Shown piece by piece: positions 40,085 through 53,287 of a DNA stretch of 64,000 nt. The position numbers were made by a program, and so were the translations under genes. The stretch lies in the NCBI RefSeq assembly GCF_964188315.1, contig NC_135673.1, forward strand, positions 38,502,001 through 38,566,000, written 5' to 3'. This stretch comes from Podarcis muralis. Taxonomy: Eukaryota. Numbering within the stretch: the first letter of the stretch is position 1; every line of letters begins with the position of its first letter. Under the pieces are notes generated by a model that made no database searches, had not been told where the DNA came from, and was given only the letters and a program-made list of their open reading frames with translations.

Positions 40085-40309
40085 CTAAACCATGTCTGTG
40101 GGTTGACATTGGGGGCATCACTGTCCAGGCTTTGGTTACTGGATTGAAACATTCGACTGTATTGGATGTTTTCAGGCCATCTCTTCCTCCTACAATGTAC
40201 AGCTTGTTGTCAATCACAGCAACCCCAAACTGTAGCCGCCTTCCATTCATGGTTCCAATTTGGATCCAGCTGTTTGTCCTCAAGTCGTATTTCTCAATGG
40301 TGGTAGTGC
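40085..40309 (-). CDS. KLHL4: KLHL4 coding exon (Kelch: [28 protein letters not shown]...HRHGL)
   Basis: Acceptor attttcaacag, donor gtaaga, 225 nt, phase 1-1. Confidence 0.97.
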
Positions 40310-43300
40310 CTGTTGAAAATATATGAATAGTGAATTTGAAGGAGAATCTTACAGAATAGTGGTGGCAACGGAATATTCATGAACATTCAGTGATATCGCT
40401 GACACTGTTTGGAGGTAATGAGCAGCCAATTTTAACCACTTATATAACTGATATATCTTGAGAATTTGTACATAAAATACATGGAAAGTATTTGTGCCTG
40501 AAATACATGGAAGTGCAAGGCACCATTAAATATTTGGTGGTTAAGAAGTTTTTTTAGAGTTCGCTTCAAGGATAGGAACTGGTCAAAATTCTAAAATGAT
40601 GGTGTGGTCATGTGTACCAGTGGCAAGTTATAGAGTGTGGAAAATGAACTACATGCATGCAGAAATAGGCTGGAAAAGTAGAACGGTAAACACCCAAGAC
40701 TTGTACCTTGTAGCTAGGGATATATTCACCGACTGAGTGGTGCATGGTGTTTTTTAATCTTTTTGTAAAGGGATAAAAGAGAGAGAGAGAGCAGGATCAG
40801 ACCAACCAGATGTCTATGTGAAGCCCACAAGCAGGGCCTGAGAACAGCAGCCATCACAACAAGTAGGCACTGATAGTCTTATCCTCCTGAATTTCTCTTT
40901 TAAATCAACCCTCGTTGGTGGCAATTCCATTGTTTAACAGTGTAAAGAAGTATTTTCTTTTGTCTTCCAACATTCAGCTTGAGTGTCCCTGAATTCTGGG
41001 GTCATGAGAAAGGGACAAAAAACTTTACTCTGTCCACTTTCCCCGACATCCATAATTTTACCGACTTCTATAATTTCACCTCTTACCTGCCTTTTCTCTC
41101 AACTAAAATGCCCCAGAAGTTGTAACCTTTCCTCAGAGGGAAGTTGCACCAATCCCTTGATGGTTTCGGTTGCCCTTTTCTGAACCTTTTCCAGCTCTAC
41201 AATATCCTTTCTGAAGCGAGGCAACCAGTGTTGCTATTTTCAACTGTGAAATTCCAATTAATTCTAATTCATTCCACTCCTGTCCATTCAATTCTAAAGG
41301 TCAGCCACTAAAGCAAAGATCTTAAGGCTCGGACTTCAGCTTCAATCTCCTATGTGTCCATTATGATTGCACAAGAAACACAATGCAATCCAAACCATTT
41401 TCTCCCCTTCATCCTGAGGATCTAAAGTGCTGTGCTTTTTTCCTCTCTTTTTTTTTACCTTGGGAGCAGTGTGAGCAACTGTATCTGAATAATGTTAATA
41501 TTCATTCCATATAACGAAATGTAATATGGTGGCAAGACGGCGTGTTTGAAATTAGTTCAAACATCCAATCTTGCTAGCAATTTCTGCAGTAGCAAGTAAC
41601 ACTACAATCTCTTTGAATAATTGCTTTTCTGTGGGTTGTATGCTGTGGGGGTAAGGTTAAAGTTTCTGCAGGTAGCAGCGGAATATAAACCTATTCGTTC
41701 CCCTTTTTTAAAAAAAAAGGGGGGGCACTTTAAAAGTGGCAGATGGAATCGGATAGGCTTTGGTTTATAGGTGAATTGCCTTATCTTCCAGAGCTTACAC
41801 CTGCATTCCCTGTTGAGGATTCAAAATACTGTATGCAGAATTAGCAAGACCTGCTGGAGGAGGCTCAGGGTCATAGCTTGGCAATGCCAACAGGTGCAAG
41901 GTGTAATTTGGGGCAGGGCTTTATTGTGGCTCCCCAGTTCTGTGGAGCATCATTCTTGTCAAGATCCAACAGGTACCCGCTATCTGCACTTTCCAGAAAC
42001 AATTTAAGACCATCTTGCTCTGATGGGCTTTCCCATCTGGATGAATGGGTCTTTACCATGAGTGTCCACTTTGTATGCTTTTGTATTTTTATCTGTTTTA
42101 AAATATATTTGGTGTAAATTGCTTTGAGACAGTTGTTTATAAGGATATTAATAAATCAATAGTAATAATAATGTGAAGGTAGATTAGTAAACACAGGAAG
42201 TTGCCTTCTAATTAAGGTGGGGTGGTTGGTGGTGATGGCGATTATATTAAATTATGGGCGTTCCACACACATTATGTCTCAAGGCAGTGTACAAAATGCA
42301 ATAAAATACAAAATAAGCATACTTCCAGCTGGGAAACAAAAATGTCTTCAGCTGTTTCCCAAAGTGCAGATAGTGGTCAACTGTTATATCTCGACAGGAG
42401 TGATGTTCTACAGAGTATCTTTGAAACCTGAAGGAGAAGCTCCCCCACAGACCACAGTCTGCTGAGTATATAATGGATAAGCTGGTCTCTCAAGTCACCT
42501 GGTCCTGAGTTGTAGAGGGTCTTTTATGATAGTAACAACACCTTGAACCTGACCCAGTAGCAGATTGCCAGCGGTAGTTTGCCCTCACAAGCAACCTAGT
42601 CACCAGGTTTTGCACCAGCTATAGCCTGCGGAGCCACTTCAAGGGTAGTCCCGCATAGAGCACATTGCAGTAATCCAACTTTGCGTGGACAACTGTGGTC
42701 AGGCTATCCCGATCCAGGAATGGCCATAGCTGTCTTCCTAGCTGAAGCTGGTGAAAGAAGATGCAAGAGGGCAGAGCTCCTCTCGTAGTTGTGTAGAAGA
42801 GGTCACCGCACTTGCTAAAATTCCCTTTCCTACACAACTATTTAAATACAGGAGCCCTGACCTCTTTTGCATCTGCCCATCCTAGTCTGAATTGAGCTCC
42901 CTATTCCAAGACCAGTACTCTTTTCACCGTTCCATGTTGCCTGTGATGTGAAAATGTACTTGGAATTGTATAGGCAGTGCCTGGTAGCCTCTCAAAAGGC
43001 AAAGGAATTGTGGACTGAGCGATCTAGTAGTCAGAGCACAGCTTGCTAATATCGATCTTCTGTAGTTCATCTAAACTGTTGCCACAGTTGTGCTCATCCT
43101 CATCAATAATCTCCAATGGCCAAATGATGGTTGGAGAGACCAGATTCCCTATCCTGGCTTTGTATCAGGAGTAACCAGTGGGTACCTGCCAGATGTTTTG
43201 GGCTATAACTGTCATCATCTCCAGTCAGCATAATAAATTATTAGGGATAGTGGGAGTTGTAGTCCAAAACATCAGGAGAATAGCATGTTGGCTACCCCAT

Positions 43301-43376
43301 CCTTACATCCTTACATGCTAACTACATTTATTGTGAACTAAGTTTTCATAGGCCAGAGGTCACTTTGTCAGTTTAC

Positions 43377-43563
43377 CTTTGGTGGCATCCATACCCCCCA
43401 CAGCATAGAGAGAGCCCACGGTGGACTTCCTAGGCTTAGTACGAGGACTCTGCATCATAGACCTCCTTTCTGGTAGCAGGTGATACTTCATTGCTTCCAT
43501 GAGAAGTTTCTGGCACTCAAGGTCATCAGTGAACATGGGGCTGTTTTCCAGATCTGCTAATAG
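43377..43563 (-). CDS. KLHL4: KLHL4 coding exon ([34 protein letters not shown]...GGMDATK)
   Basis: Acceptor gtatgtctcag, donor gtaaac, 187 nt, phase 0-1. Confidence 0.97.
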
Positions 43564-43621
43564 CTGAGACATACAAAGTCTTGGTGTTCATATTGATGTA
43601 ATCAAAAGGTCATTTCTATAT

Positions 43622-43815
43622 AGAATAGAATAGAATCATAGAGTTGGAATAGACCACAAGGGCCATCGAGTCCAACCCCCTGCCAAGCAGGAAACACCAT
43701 CAGAGCACTCCTGACATATGGTTGTCAAGCCTCTGCTTAAAGACCTCCAAAGAAGGAGACTCCACCACACTCCTTGGCAGCAAATTCCACTGTCGAACAG
43801 CTCTTACTGTCAGGA
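43622..43815 (-). mobile_element. Young CR1 3' fragment
   Basis: (TAGAA)n tail followed by a CR1 3' UTR and ORF end. Confidence 0.85.
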
Positions 43816-45377
43816 TAGAATCATATATATCAGCCAAGTCTTTCTCCAGATGATATGGGCCACAGGGCATCATAATAATTAGTGGGGACCCTGAGACAGC
43901 CATTGGAAATCCTCCTCGTGGCTGTTGTTGCTGCTACTGATCCTTCTCCTCTTCCATACCTGGAGCTGGCTATGGGAGGAGAGAGTTGGCAAGTGGGCCA
44001 ACAGGACCCAGGATTCAGGTTGCATGGGCTTCTGTGCATATTAGTTTGCACACACAAGACTAAACAAAATGTTGGAATTCAACTGCAATTTTGGGGAATG
44101 AAGTTGGCAGGTCAGCAGTGAACTTACCTACTGGTGCATGAACTTCAGTAGATGCCTAACCATGCTGACTCCTGGCTTGGGGAACTGCTGTCAAGCTTCC
44201 TACAATCAAATCCCACTCACTATCATCCTCAACCTTCTTGTCATAGCTTGGAAGATTGTCTCCCATCTCTTACCCCCAGAATTTGACCTCCTCAGTGCAT
44301 TACCAAAGCACTTCTCCATGGTCTGATGATCCTATGATACTATTGGGATGTCTGGATGGGGGAATTATAGGAAACAATTCCACTCACAGTTTCTCACACA
44401 AGCACAGCCTGGTCTCCAATGGGAGGTGCCATGTGATTTACCACCAGACCTGGCCAGCTTCTGCTCTCTGATGCCTCCAGCTTTGGCTCCAACCTAAGTG
44501 CCAAGATTGCTGACATATCCCTATTGTCTTCTAATGAAAGGAGTACAGTCCCATAGTCATCCTTCCAACATTAAATTAAACTAATTGCCAGCAGAAGGTT
44601 TTTACTAGGTGGAAGCAATACCAAAGGTAAAAACATGGCTATTCACCCAACTCTTTTGATAGAATGGTGCCCTTACTTGGCTGATATAACAAATAGGTCA
44701 GCTTCAGTTATTATCCACATTTCCACATCAGATTGTGAGGGGCTCATCAACATTTTATTGAAAATGTATTCCAATATACACATTTTTATACTTTTCTACA
44801 TCCCCCCAATCTTTACATTTTGCAAAGCAATTTCCCCTAATAGAGTGCATTTTTTAATAAAAATCTATATATGCATTTGAAATATACGTGAGTATATGAA
44901 TTTTTGCACATTACTTGGCTGGAGACCTTCATTGCAAAATTCATGCAAGTCTGAATTTCAAATATGGTTGTGTTTCAGTTCACATGCTGTTTCAGAAAAT
45001 GCAGATTAGGTAGGCTTCACATTCCTGAATGTCATCTGAATCAAATTTCTCACTCAGTCCTAGTTGCTAGTGTAGGGTTTGATTTTCACATTAGGTGCAT
45101 TTCAATGAAATATTATTTGAAATGTGATTGCTCGTTCCAGGATTCTGTGACCAATAAAGAGTAGGTTCAAAATGGTTTAAACAAAATAAAAATTAATAAC
45201 AGTCATAACAACAGGAGGTTTGGAGCTGAAAACAGTATCACAAAATCTAGGGAAGCACAAAATCAGCAGGATAATGATGTTTCAAGCCGCACATTTACCC
45301 TGGAGGTGTGGATCAGGTCAGTGTGCATAAGGATTCATAGAAATCAAATCTCTCAGGCATTCTATCCAGAGGCCTAC

Positions 45378-45590
45378 CTGAGGGGACAGCAAAGGCAATC
45401 GGATATAGGAGAGAAGCATTCCGAGCTCCCGCTGCCTGGGTTGCAAGTCGTGCCGAACCCACAACATCAATGCCTTGAATATGGATTCTTCATCTGGGAC
45501 ATTGATGTCATCGCTTGACAGGAGCTTAGCAATTTCACCAGCCGGCAGCAAGAGAAATTCCTGGTTCTTTATTACCTCAGTGAAGTGTTC
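45378..45590 (-). CDS. KLHL4: KLHL4 coding exon (BACK: [20 protein letters not shown]...IRLPLLSPQ)
   Basis: Acceptor ctttcattag, donor gtaggc, 213 nt, phase 0-0. Confidence 0.97.
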
Positions 45591-45814
45591 CTAATGAAAG
45601 GAGTAAAACATAACTTAGCATGGCATCTGCATTTTACATATTTGTTCATTCATAGAATCATAGAATTGTAGAGCTGGAAGGGGACACTGAACACCATCTA
45701 GCCCAACGCCCAAGAATTTCATTCATACTGCCTTTTATCCCGTATGAGCCTAGAGGCTCAGAGAGGATAGTATTGCAATTACAAGTAGCCTACTTTTCTT
45801 TCTTCTAACTCTAG

Positions 45815-46309
45815 TGTCAGGGCCTGGTTGGACGCTGGGGAGTGGTGGCTGGATACTGAAGAGTGGGCGTTGGGAGAAGGAGGGTTGGAGACTGACTTGG
45901 AAGAAGGGGTCAGTGATCTGAGGGAGTCTGTAACAGCCAAGAGATTGAGAGTCAGAGGCAGGAGAAGATGCAGGATTGGAGGGTGAAGAACAGGTGCAGA
46001 TGCAGGAGGAGGGAGAGAGAGGTCCAGCTGGCATAGAGTCAAGGGCTTCCTCACCTCCTCCTCCTGCCCTCCCCTCTCCTACTTCACTCTCTCCCAAGAC
46101 CAGAAGAGGACTGAAGTGGGAGGAGCAGAAGCAGATTATATGCAGGTGGAGTCTTCGCCTGCTTGCCTGCAGCTCAAGTGGGGAAGATACTTAAGCTGAG
46201 ATTGGGACAAGGCCTCTCTCTTGTGGCAAATGCCTCATTGGGTGCACACCTAGGAGGAGCTGAGAGACACAGAGCTGTCTTCGCCTAACATATAAGGGTA
46301 CTTTTGACA
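45815..46309. mobile_element. Possible solo LTR-like element (TGTCA...TGACA)
   Basis: 5-bp terminal inverted repeat and purine-rich low-complexity body; no TSD. Confidence 0.3.
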
Positions 46310-46546
46310 ATAAAGAGATAACTCCTCACTCCATAACTTCCTTGCCTAATCCCAACCAAGTCTCTAGAGAAATATGCTTCAGCTGGAGTTCTGAGCTCTG
46401 GATGCAATATTTTTGCTAACATTTCTAGGATAAAGTAGGAGTGCAGCATTTCATTAATCAGTTATATGAACTGATTAAAAACTATGCAGAATTAATCTCT
46501 ACTCAGATGTGATGAGCTTAAGAAATACCACAAGCTGTTTATAGTA

Positions 46547-46775
46547 CAGTGGAACCTCAGATTGCAGACGTAATCCATGATGGAGGCATGTCCGCAGCCT
46601 GCAGCGTTCACATCCTGAAGCACCACATCTGCGCAGGCACCGCCGCGATTTGGTGCTTCTGCACATGCACGAGCGGCGAAACCCGGAAGTAACCCGTTCT
46701 GGTACTTCCAGGTTTCCTGCAGTCCGCAACCCGAAAACACATAACCTGAAGCATCCGTAACATGAGGTATGACTG
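46547..46775. mobile_element. Tc1/mariner MITE
   Basis: cagtggaacctc...gaggtatgactg, TA TSD. Confidence 0.8.
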
Positions 46776-47271
46776 TAAGCAGTTTCTTGCTTGTTGAAGC
46801 AAGTTTCCCAGGTAGGAGACTGTTAATAGTTCACATCAGTAACAACAAATCTAAAATAATAATGATCTTTTCTCACATGACTTTTTAGAGGCTGCTTCTT
46901 ATATCCATTGAGTGTTTATTGCTGGGAGTCACTCTCCTCATTCTCATGCCTGTTGACAATGATGAGCTAGATGGAATCATGGCAGTGTTTGCCCATTGGG
47001 CCTGGTAGGGTGGAAGATAATAGGTAGAATCATCGCCAACAACAGAGACAACTAATTCTTTCTCTGCCCCCATTTTCCTCCTCCCTGCTGAGTTCTACAA
47101 GGGCAGCACTGAAACTATGGAGGGGAGATCCAGCAGTCTATGCCACTCCCCAGGGAAATAGGGAAGTAGGGAAATAAGTGGGGGCTGGCTGAGGGCAGAC
47201 CGAGGTTGGTGGTGCATTTCTCCATTTGCCCTAATGGCCCAGCATTCACTTAATTCCTGGTGTATCTAGAG

Positions 47272-47407
47272 CAGACTTCTTCAACCTCGGCCCTCCAGAT
47301 GTTTTTGACCTACAACTCCCATGATCCCTAGCTAGCAGGACCAGTGGTCAGGGATGGTGGGAATTATAGTCTCAAAACACCTGGAGGGCCAAGGTTGAGG
47401 AAGCTTG
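47272..47407. mobile_element. Palindromic hAT (Charlie-like) MITE, variant termini
   Basis: 136 bp, same core as 24561 and 62743; TSD atctagag/atctaagg. Confidence 0.8.
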
Positions 47408-49300
47408 ATCTAAGGTAAGCACCTTCCTGGTTCTCTACAAGTGAAGGTGTGAGGACTCAGCTGCCCCCCACCCCAAGAGCAGAGGGCCTACAACCCATCC
47501 AGAAGTCTATGCAACCAGTGCCTTGCACACCTTAATACCACTACCATGGGTCATAAAAATTCAGCAGCAGCGTGTACGCTCCAGTTTAACTCATCTTGGT
47601 GGCTTCAAAAACCATGGAAATTCTCTTATTTTGCTTCACAGGGATTTAAGCTGCTTTTGAATCAAACAGCAACTTGGGTTGAGCTTGTGCCCAGCCACAC
47701 ATCACTTTCATTTCACATTCAGACCCAGGAATTGTTGCTCTTTGTGCATTTGAAGAGGTTCTCTTAACTCTTCCCCTCTGCAATATTTATACCTAGATTT
47801 TATTTCACAGCAGGCTTCCTCTTTCTCACCTCATGTCTCAATTGTTCCTTCCTCTCCTTTGAATCACTGGGGTATGGGCAACAGTGTATAGGCTCTTCTC
47901 TGCTCCTCAGATTATAGATATTTTTCACATATCCGCTTGTTCCAGCTCCCGATCACACCCAGTCATTTGCTCCCTTTCTGAAAAGCACCACTGTGTTTTC
48001 CTTGCCACCAAAGGCATCAAACCCCACCCACAGCTAATGTGCTCTTTGGGGAGCCGCTGACTTTATTGACAGCTGAAAGAGGATTCTAGCCTTCGTTTAC
48101 CCTATCATCTTGAAACAGGAGGGAGGGGAGAAGGCATCCTTTTGCTCTTTGAAAAAAGATGAAATGTAGAAGTGAAGAGGCTTGAATGGTTTTAATCGGT
48201 GCATCTAATCGATTAGCTCAGTCGCAAATTAAAAAAACCTCTTCAGATTAAATTGAGTCAGGCAGATGGGCTCTTGTACCAAGCCCTTTCCATCACGACC
48301 TGAGGACATGCCAGTTCTGATGAGACCTAGGGAGCTACAAATGCATAACAGCCAACTATTTCAGATCAAAAACTGGGATGTGCCTCTTCCTGGATGTGCT
48401 CCCGGGTGAGTCACGTGAACCGCGCCGGAATCTCACCCTGAAAAAAAACACTTTTTCAGGGTGCGATCTCACACACACATTTTGGGATGCCACACAGGAT
48501 TGCAGCCCCAACCAAAATGCTTCCCGCCCCCCCCCCCCCCCCAGTATGAGCATTGTGCAAGAGCTCGCAAAATCATGGCACCCAAAATGGCAACTGTGGT
48601 CTTGCATGAAGAAACAGGATTTCCCATTTTTTCCCAGGACACTTGGCGGGTATGCAAATGCAGTGGCCGTGATGGAAGAGTGGACCGTACCTCTTTAGGA
48701 AGCATGCAGGGGAGGGAGAAGAAGCTATTTTGTAAAGATTACTTCAAACCTCCCTTAAAATAGGCATCAGACACATCAGGGACATGAGCTCCAGCCCACT
48801 GCTTGCCGTGCTGGTTTTCTAATTGCAGAGTGCTTGGGGTTGTTGTTATTGTTGAATATATGTAAGTTTTCAGATACAGTATTCCCCTAGCGTTTGCTGA
48901 TTGAAATGGCAGGGTCCATTTTGCCACCTCTGGACTATTCCACTTTTTTTACCATCTCATTCCGCTGCATTATGTTTATCAGTCTTTGGGGCAGTTGGGT
49001 TGGGATTGAGCAGAAGGTCTACATAATGATTACCTGTTGTGAGGTTGTATGATTTAGGAATATTGGAAGCTGCCTTATACAAAGTCAGATACCCACAGTC
49101 CATCTGGCGGCTGCTTAGCATCAGCTCTCTAAGATTTCAGCCCCACCTGGAAAAGTTGGGAAATGAACTGGGGAACTCTTGCAGGCAAAGCAGATGAGCT
49201 ATGGTCCTTCCTCTCATTTCAAATTGGAGGCAGGGGGAATTGAGTGTTTGCTTCTTCATTTTCTCACATGGGGGGTAGCTCTTTTTAGATTGCAAATGTA

Positions 49301-49560
49301 CAGTCATACCTCACGTTACGGACGCTTCAGGTTGCGCGTTTACAGGTTGCGTCCCACGGCGGCCCAGAAGTACCAGAAAGGGTTACTTCTGGGTTTCACC
49401 ATTCGAGCATGCGCAGAAGCGCTAAATCGTGCTTTGCGTATGCACACAAGCGCCAAATCGTGCCGCGCACCTGCATAGATACGGCGCTTCAGGTTGCGCT
49501 CTTTTCAGGTTGCCAACAGGCCTCCGGAAGGGATCCCGTTCGCAACCAGAGATACCACTG
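49301..49560. mobile_element. Tc1/mariner MITE
   Basis: cagtcatacctc...gagataccactg, TA TSD. Confidence 0.8.
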
Positions 49561-49808
49561 TATACTATTTTACATACTTTAAAAAGTGGTGAGCCAGCCT
49601 TGCTCTACTTACAGGCCATGTCACTCATTCTGCTGATCTGTGCCCTGGATATGTGCTGCAAAGTTCTACCTTGATGGTGCCCTGTACAGATTCCTTGGGC
49701 ATTTAATCTTGTTGTAGCCATTTGCGACCACAACCACAACTTGCCAGTTCCTCTCTAGCTTTAACCTCCCAGCAGTTAGTTCCAGGGAACTTGTTCCTTT
49801 GACCTCAC

Positions 49809-50005
49809 CATAGTGTACACGTGCGCCACCCGCAGGAGTTCTGTGCACCCCTGAGCATCTCCGAAGGACCGAATCCCTAAACAGTTTGATGGATGGAGCT
49901 GCTTCACAAGAAAGTTGCAGCAGACTTCAATGACTTGTGAAAGCTGAAGAAGGCATGCAGCGGCCAGCAAGCTTTCAATTGTTTCTTCTTTGAGTTCCAA
50001 GACAC
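49809..50005 (-). CDS. KLHL4: KLHL4 coding exon (BTB end/BACK: [21 protein letters not shown]...AHVYTM)
   Basis: Acceptor cacacag, donor gtgagg, 197 nt, phase 1-0. Confidence 0.97.
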
Positions 50006-50251
50006 CTGTGTGGTTTAATATTTTCAGAGAGAGAGAGAGAGAGGTGCATGAAAATGGATTGTTCTTTTTTTGTGGGGGAAACTCAAAGAAAGTGTTCTTA
50101 TGACTGCACAAGGTATTAGACTTGTTCGCACAACACGATGAGCACAGGCACAAGCTGCCTCCAAATATGCACAACTGTTTGTGTGAAAGAGCATAATACA
50201 GTTTGTTGATTTGGAAGCCGCTGTGCATAAGAGAGTTGTCAGGGAGTTTAC

Positions 50252-50388
50252 CTGTGTATGCATAGTGCACAAGGTCTTTCAGTGCGTCGGGATCCACTCC
50301 TTCCATTTTGATTTCTTCCTGTTTTGCTTCACGGACATCGTTGGTAAACATTGCAGCAAAATAGTCAGACACAGCACTCAGAACCAAC
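50252..50388 (-). CDS. KLHL4: KLHL4 coding exon (BTB: [45 protein letters not shown])
   Basis: Acceptor ttctcttcccag, donor gtaaac, 137 nt, phase 2-1. Confidence 0.97.
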
Positions 50389-50559
50389 CTGGGAAGAGAA
50401 GGTAAGGATCTGTGTCAGCTCTTTATCTTGATGGAAGCATCAGCCTTCCACACTACGTTGGTTTTGTTTTGCTTTTTGCCTGGGTTGCTCTAAATGATGC
50501 ATTGCGTGCACATGGAATAACATATTTTATTTTGGCCTATGACTAGAATGTCACACATC

Positions 50560-51047
50560 ATGATGCAGGATACAAAGATAATATGGCATTAGTGACATAG
50601 TGGAAAGGAATATGTAAAAAATGTTTCAGAAGAATAAGGGTGGAAAAGTTAGAATAATATTATGTCAAATTTAAACAAATTGATATAAAGGGAAAAATTG
50701 GAGACATAATAGTTGAAATGTATATTACAGAATAAGATTTGAAAGAGGGTAAGGTACTGCTGAATATGATTGTGTAAAAGGGAACACTGTAAAGGGAGAT
50801 GTGAGGGAGTCTGGAAGGAGGGTTATGAAAACAAGAAGTAAGAAATCGGACTTTTATGGTTTTTTTAATGTCTTTTTTCTTTTCTCTTGTCTATTTTTTT
50901 TTTACGTTTTTTATTGTATTTTTTTATTTTTACTTGATTATGATAATGTTTTTCTCTTTTCTCTTGTTTCGATTGTGAAGTTTGTTCTATTGTTTAAAAC
51001 TTTAATAAATATCTTTTAAAAGAAAAAAGAAATAAAAGGGGGGGAAA
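50560..51047 (+). mobile_element. 5'-truncated L1 (3' UTR only), antisense in a KLHL4 intron
   Basis: 16-bp TSD tagaatgtcacacatc (50544-50559 and 51048-51063); purine-rich then T-rich segments, AATAAA and an A-rich tail, as in the L1 at 1-2030. Confidence 0.85.
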
Positions 51048-51526
51048 TAGAATGTCACACATCTGTGCAGTGAAGAGAATAAGGTGATTCAGTAATTTAA
51101 TATTCTCTTGGAGAGCTGTTTCTCTTCCCTGGGCAAATTAAATCCCCCCTCACTGGCTTGATACACTGACAGTGCAAGTCTCTGCACGTCTACTTAGAAG
51201 GAAGTATCATTGTTTTCAGGGGAACTTACACCGAGGTGTGGATAGGGGAGAAATTCAATTCAGTTTGCATTTAAGGGTGAACTTACCTAATTTGAACTTT
51301 CTGAAACAATGTGCAGACTGAAACACAGCTATCCTTTGAAATTTGCACCTCTCTGAATCTTGTAAAGTAGTTCTCAAGCCACAAAACATGTACAAAAAAT
51401 CCATATACTGGGTTAAATAGTGTGCATATAACTGCATATGTAGTGGAAAACAGCATTCAAAAATGCATTATATTAGGGGAAATTGTTCTGCAAAAGTGTG
51501 CATATTAGACAAAAGTGCACAGAAAA

Positions 51527-51889
51527 AATATTATTATTATTAATTTATTATTTATACCCCGCCCATCTGGCTGGGTTTCCCCAGCCACTCTGGGCGGCTT
51601 CCAACAGAATATTAAAATACAATAGTCTATTAAACATTAAATGCTTCCCTAAACAGGGCTGCCTTCAGATGTCTTCTAAAAGTCTGGTAGTTGTTTTTCT
51701 CTTTGACATCTGGTGGGAGGGCGTTCCACAGGGCGGGCGCCACTACAGAGAAGGCCCTCTGCCTGGTTCCCTGTAGCCTCACTTCTCGCAATGAGGGAAC
51801 CGCCAGAAGGCCCTTGGCGCTGGACCTCAGTGTCCAGGCTGAACGATGGGGGTGGAGACGCTCCTTCAGGTATACTGGGCCGAGGCCGT
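51527..51889 (-). mobile_element. L2 3' fragment
   Basis: Encodes ...NGLGPVYLKERL...RAFSVVAPALWNALP...FRRHLKAALF; (AAT)n tail. Confidence 0.9.
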
Positions 51890-51962
51890 TTAAAAATGTG
51901 TATATTAGAAGAAGCAGGGCAGTCAGGGAGGCTGGGCACCTATAGCAGGTCAAAATCTTTAC

Positions 51963-52139
51963 CTGTGGGCAGGAATCCTATGCTCTCCAGCAATGAGAAG
52001 AACATCACATAGTTGCTTCTGCTGGAGATAATTCTCCATCTTGCGGAATGTCTGCTCTGCATGGTTTGCAGAATGAAAGCATTCATCTGATCTGTTGTTG
52101 TTCCCTCCCATAGGAGAGGAGCAGCTGCTTATTGATAGC
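51963..52139 (-). CDS. KLHL4: KLHL4 coding exon (start of BTB; ...[43 protein letters not shown])
   Basis: Acceptor ttctccaaaag, donor gtaaag, 177 nt, phase 2-2. Matches the KLHL1/4/5 NHAEQT..KMENYL motif. Confidence 0.95.
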
Positions 52140-53287
52140 CTTTTGGAGAAAAAATGAGGTCACTGTTATGCAGTAATAGCTGTTAGCAAAGTCACTTAAA
52201 TAACATAGAGTTCAAAGAGAAAAGAAATCCTAATTATGCTTTACTGAGGAAACGGAACAAAAACTGTATATAATTAAATCTACCTACAACTACTAAGGTT
52301 TTTCATTTCTGCCAAATGACACTTCATTCTTATCATTAACATTTAACAAATAATATACATACACAATTTTTTTTACTGAGGATATAAAATAAAAGGAGAG
52401 CAGGGATGGAAGGAATGTAGTGCCATTTCACCAGTATAGCTGAGAGAATAACAGTATTTGACTCCTGCTGTTATTCAACTGGTACCACCCCACTGCTCAA
52501 TAGAATAATTATTTGTAAAAATAATTATAAATCAACAACTCATTTTTAAAAATTATAGCTGGTAACTGAGAACTTGTACACGAGTTTCCTTATCTCCTCC
52601 TCCCTCCTCGTCCATTTTCCTTTTGTGTTGTGTCTTTATTTATTTATAGTAGATTTCTTGCCACCCTTTACCATAAAATAAACCTTTCTTCTTCTTTTTT
52701 ACAATATATGACCAGTGGCTGGGTTTCCTTCTTCCTCTCTCTCATAGTGATTTGCTAGTCTCTCTAGGTGCTTTTCTGTGGTTGAAGGGGATAAGCAAAA
52801 TTAAATTCACCCTGAATTCAGCAAGCCAAGGGTGTAGGAAGCATGAGATTAGAGCGGGAGTACTTTCCGAAGTATGGCATGGCATCTCGCAAGCTGAAGT
52901 GTCTAAAGCTACGTACAGGTGATAAAAGTTCAGTTAACGTAAGGTGTTATCACTGACATGTCTTGGAACTGTGTTTGGTTAATGTGATATTGTAAATTTT
53001 GGAGATAATTTATGTTTGTTTGATTGTCTGTTTGTTTGCAAAGACATTTTCTGACCTGCCTTTCGCCCTAACTTCCCAGAGCAGGTTACAAGCAATCATG
53101 CAATTAAAAACAATAAAATAAATAAAATAGTTTTATTATAAAATTATAATAAATAAGCAAAACAAGTCTTTAAAAAAAGCAGAAGGACATAAAACAAAAC
53201 AGAAGAGGTAGACCCTATTTATTTATTTATTTATTTTTAAAAAAACCACACACTTTAGCTGTTGAGAGGTCAGGGAAGTGGAAGCTA

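Noticed and set aside
50389-50415. tccttacc before the 50388 acceptor resembles a U12 branch point
   Set aside because: The matching donor is gtaaag, not RTATCCTT, so this is an ordinary U2 intron.
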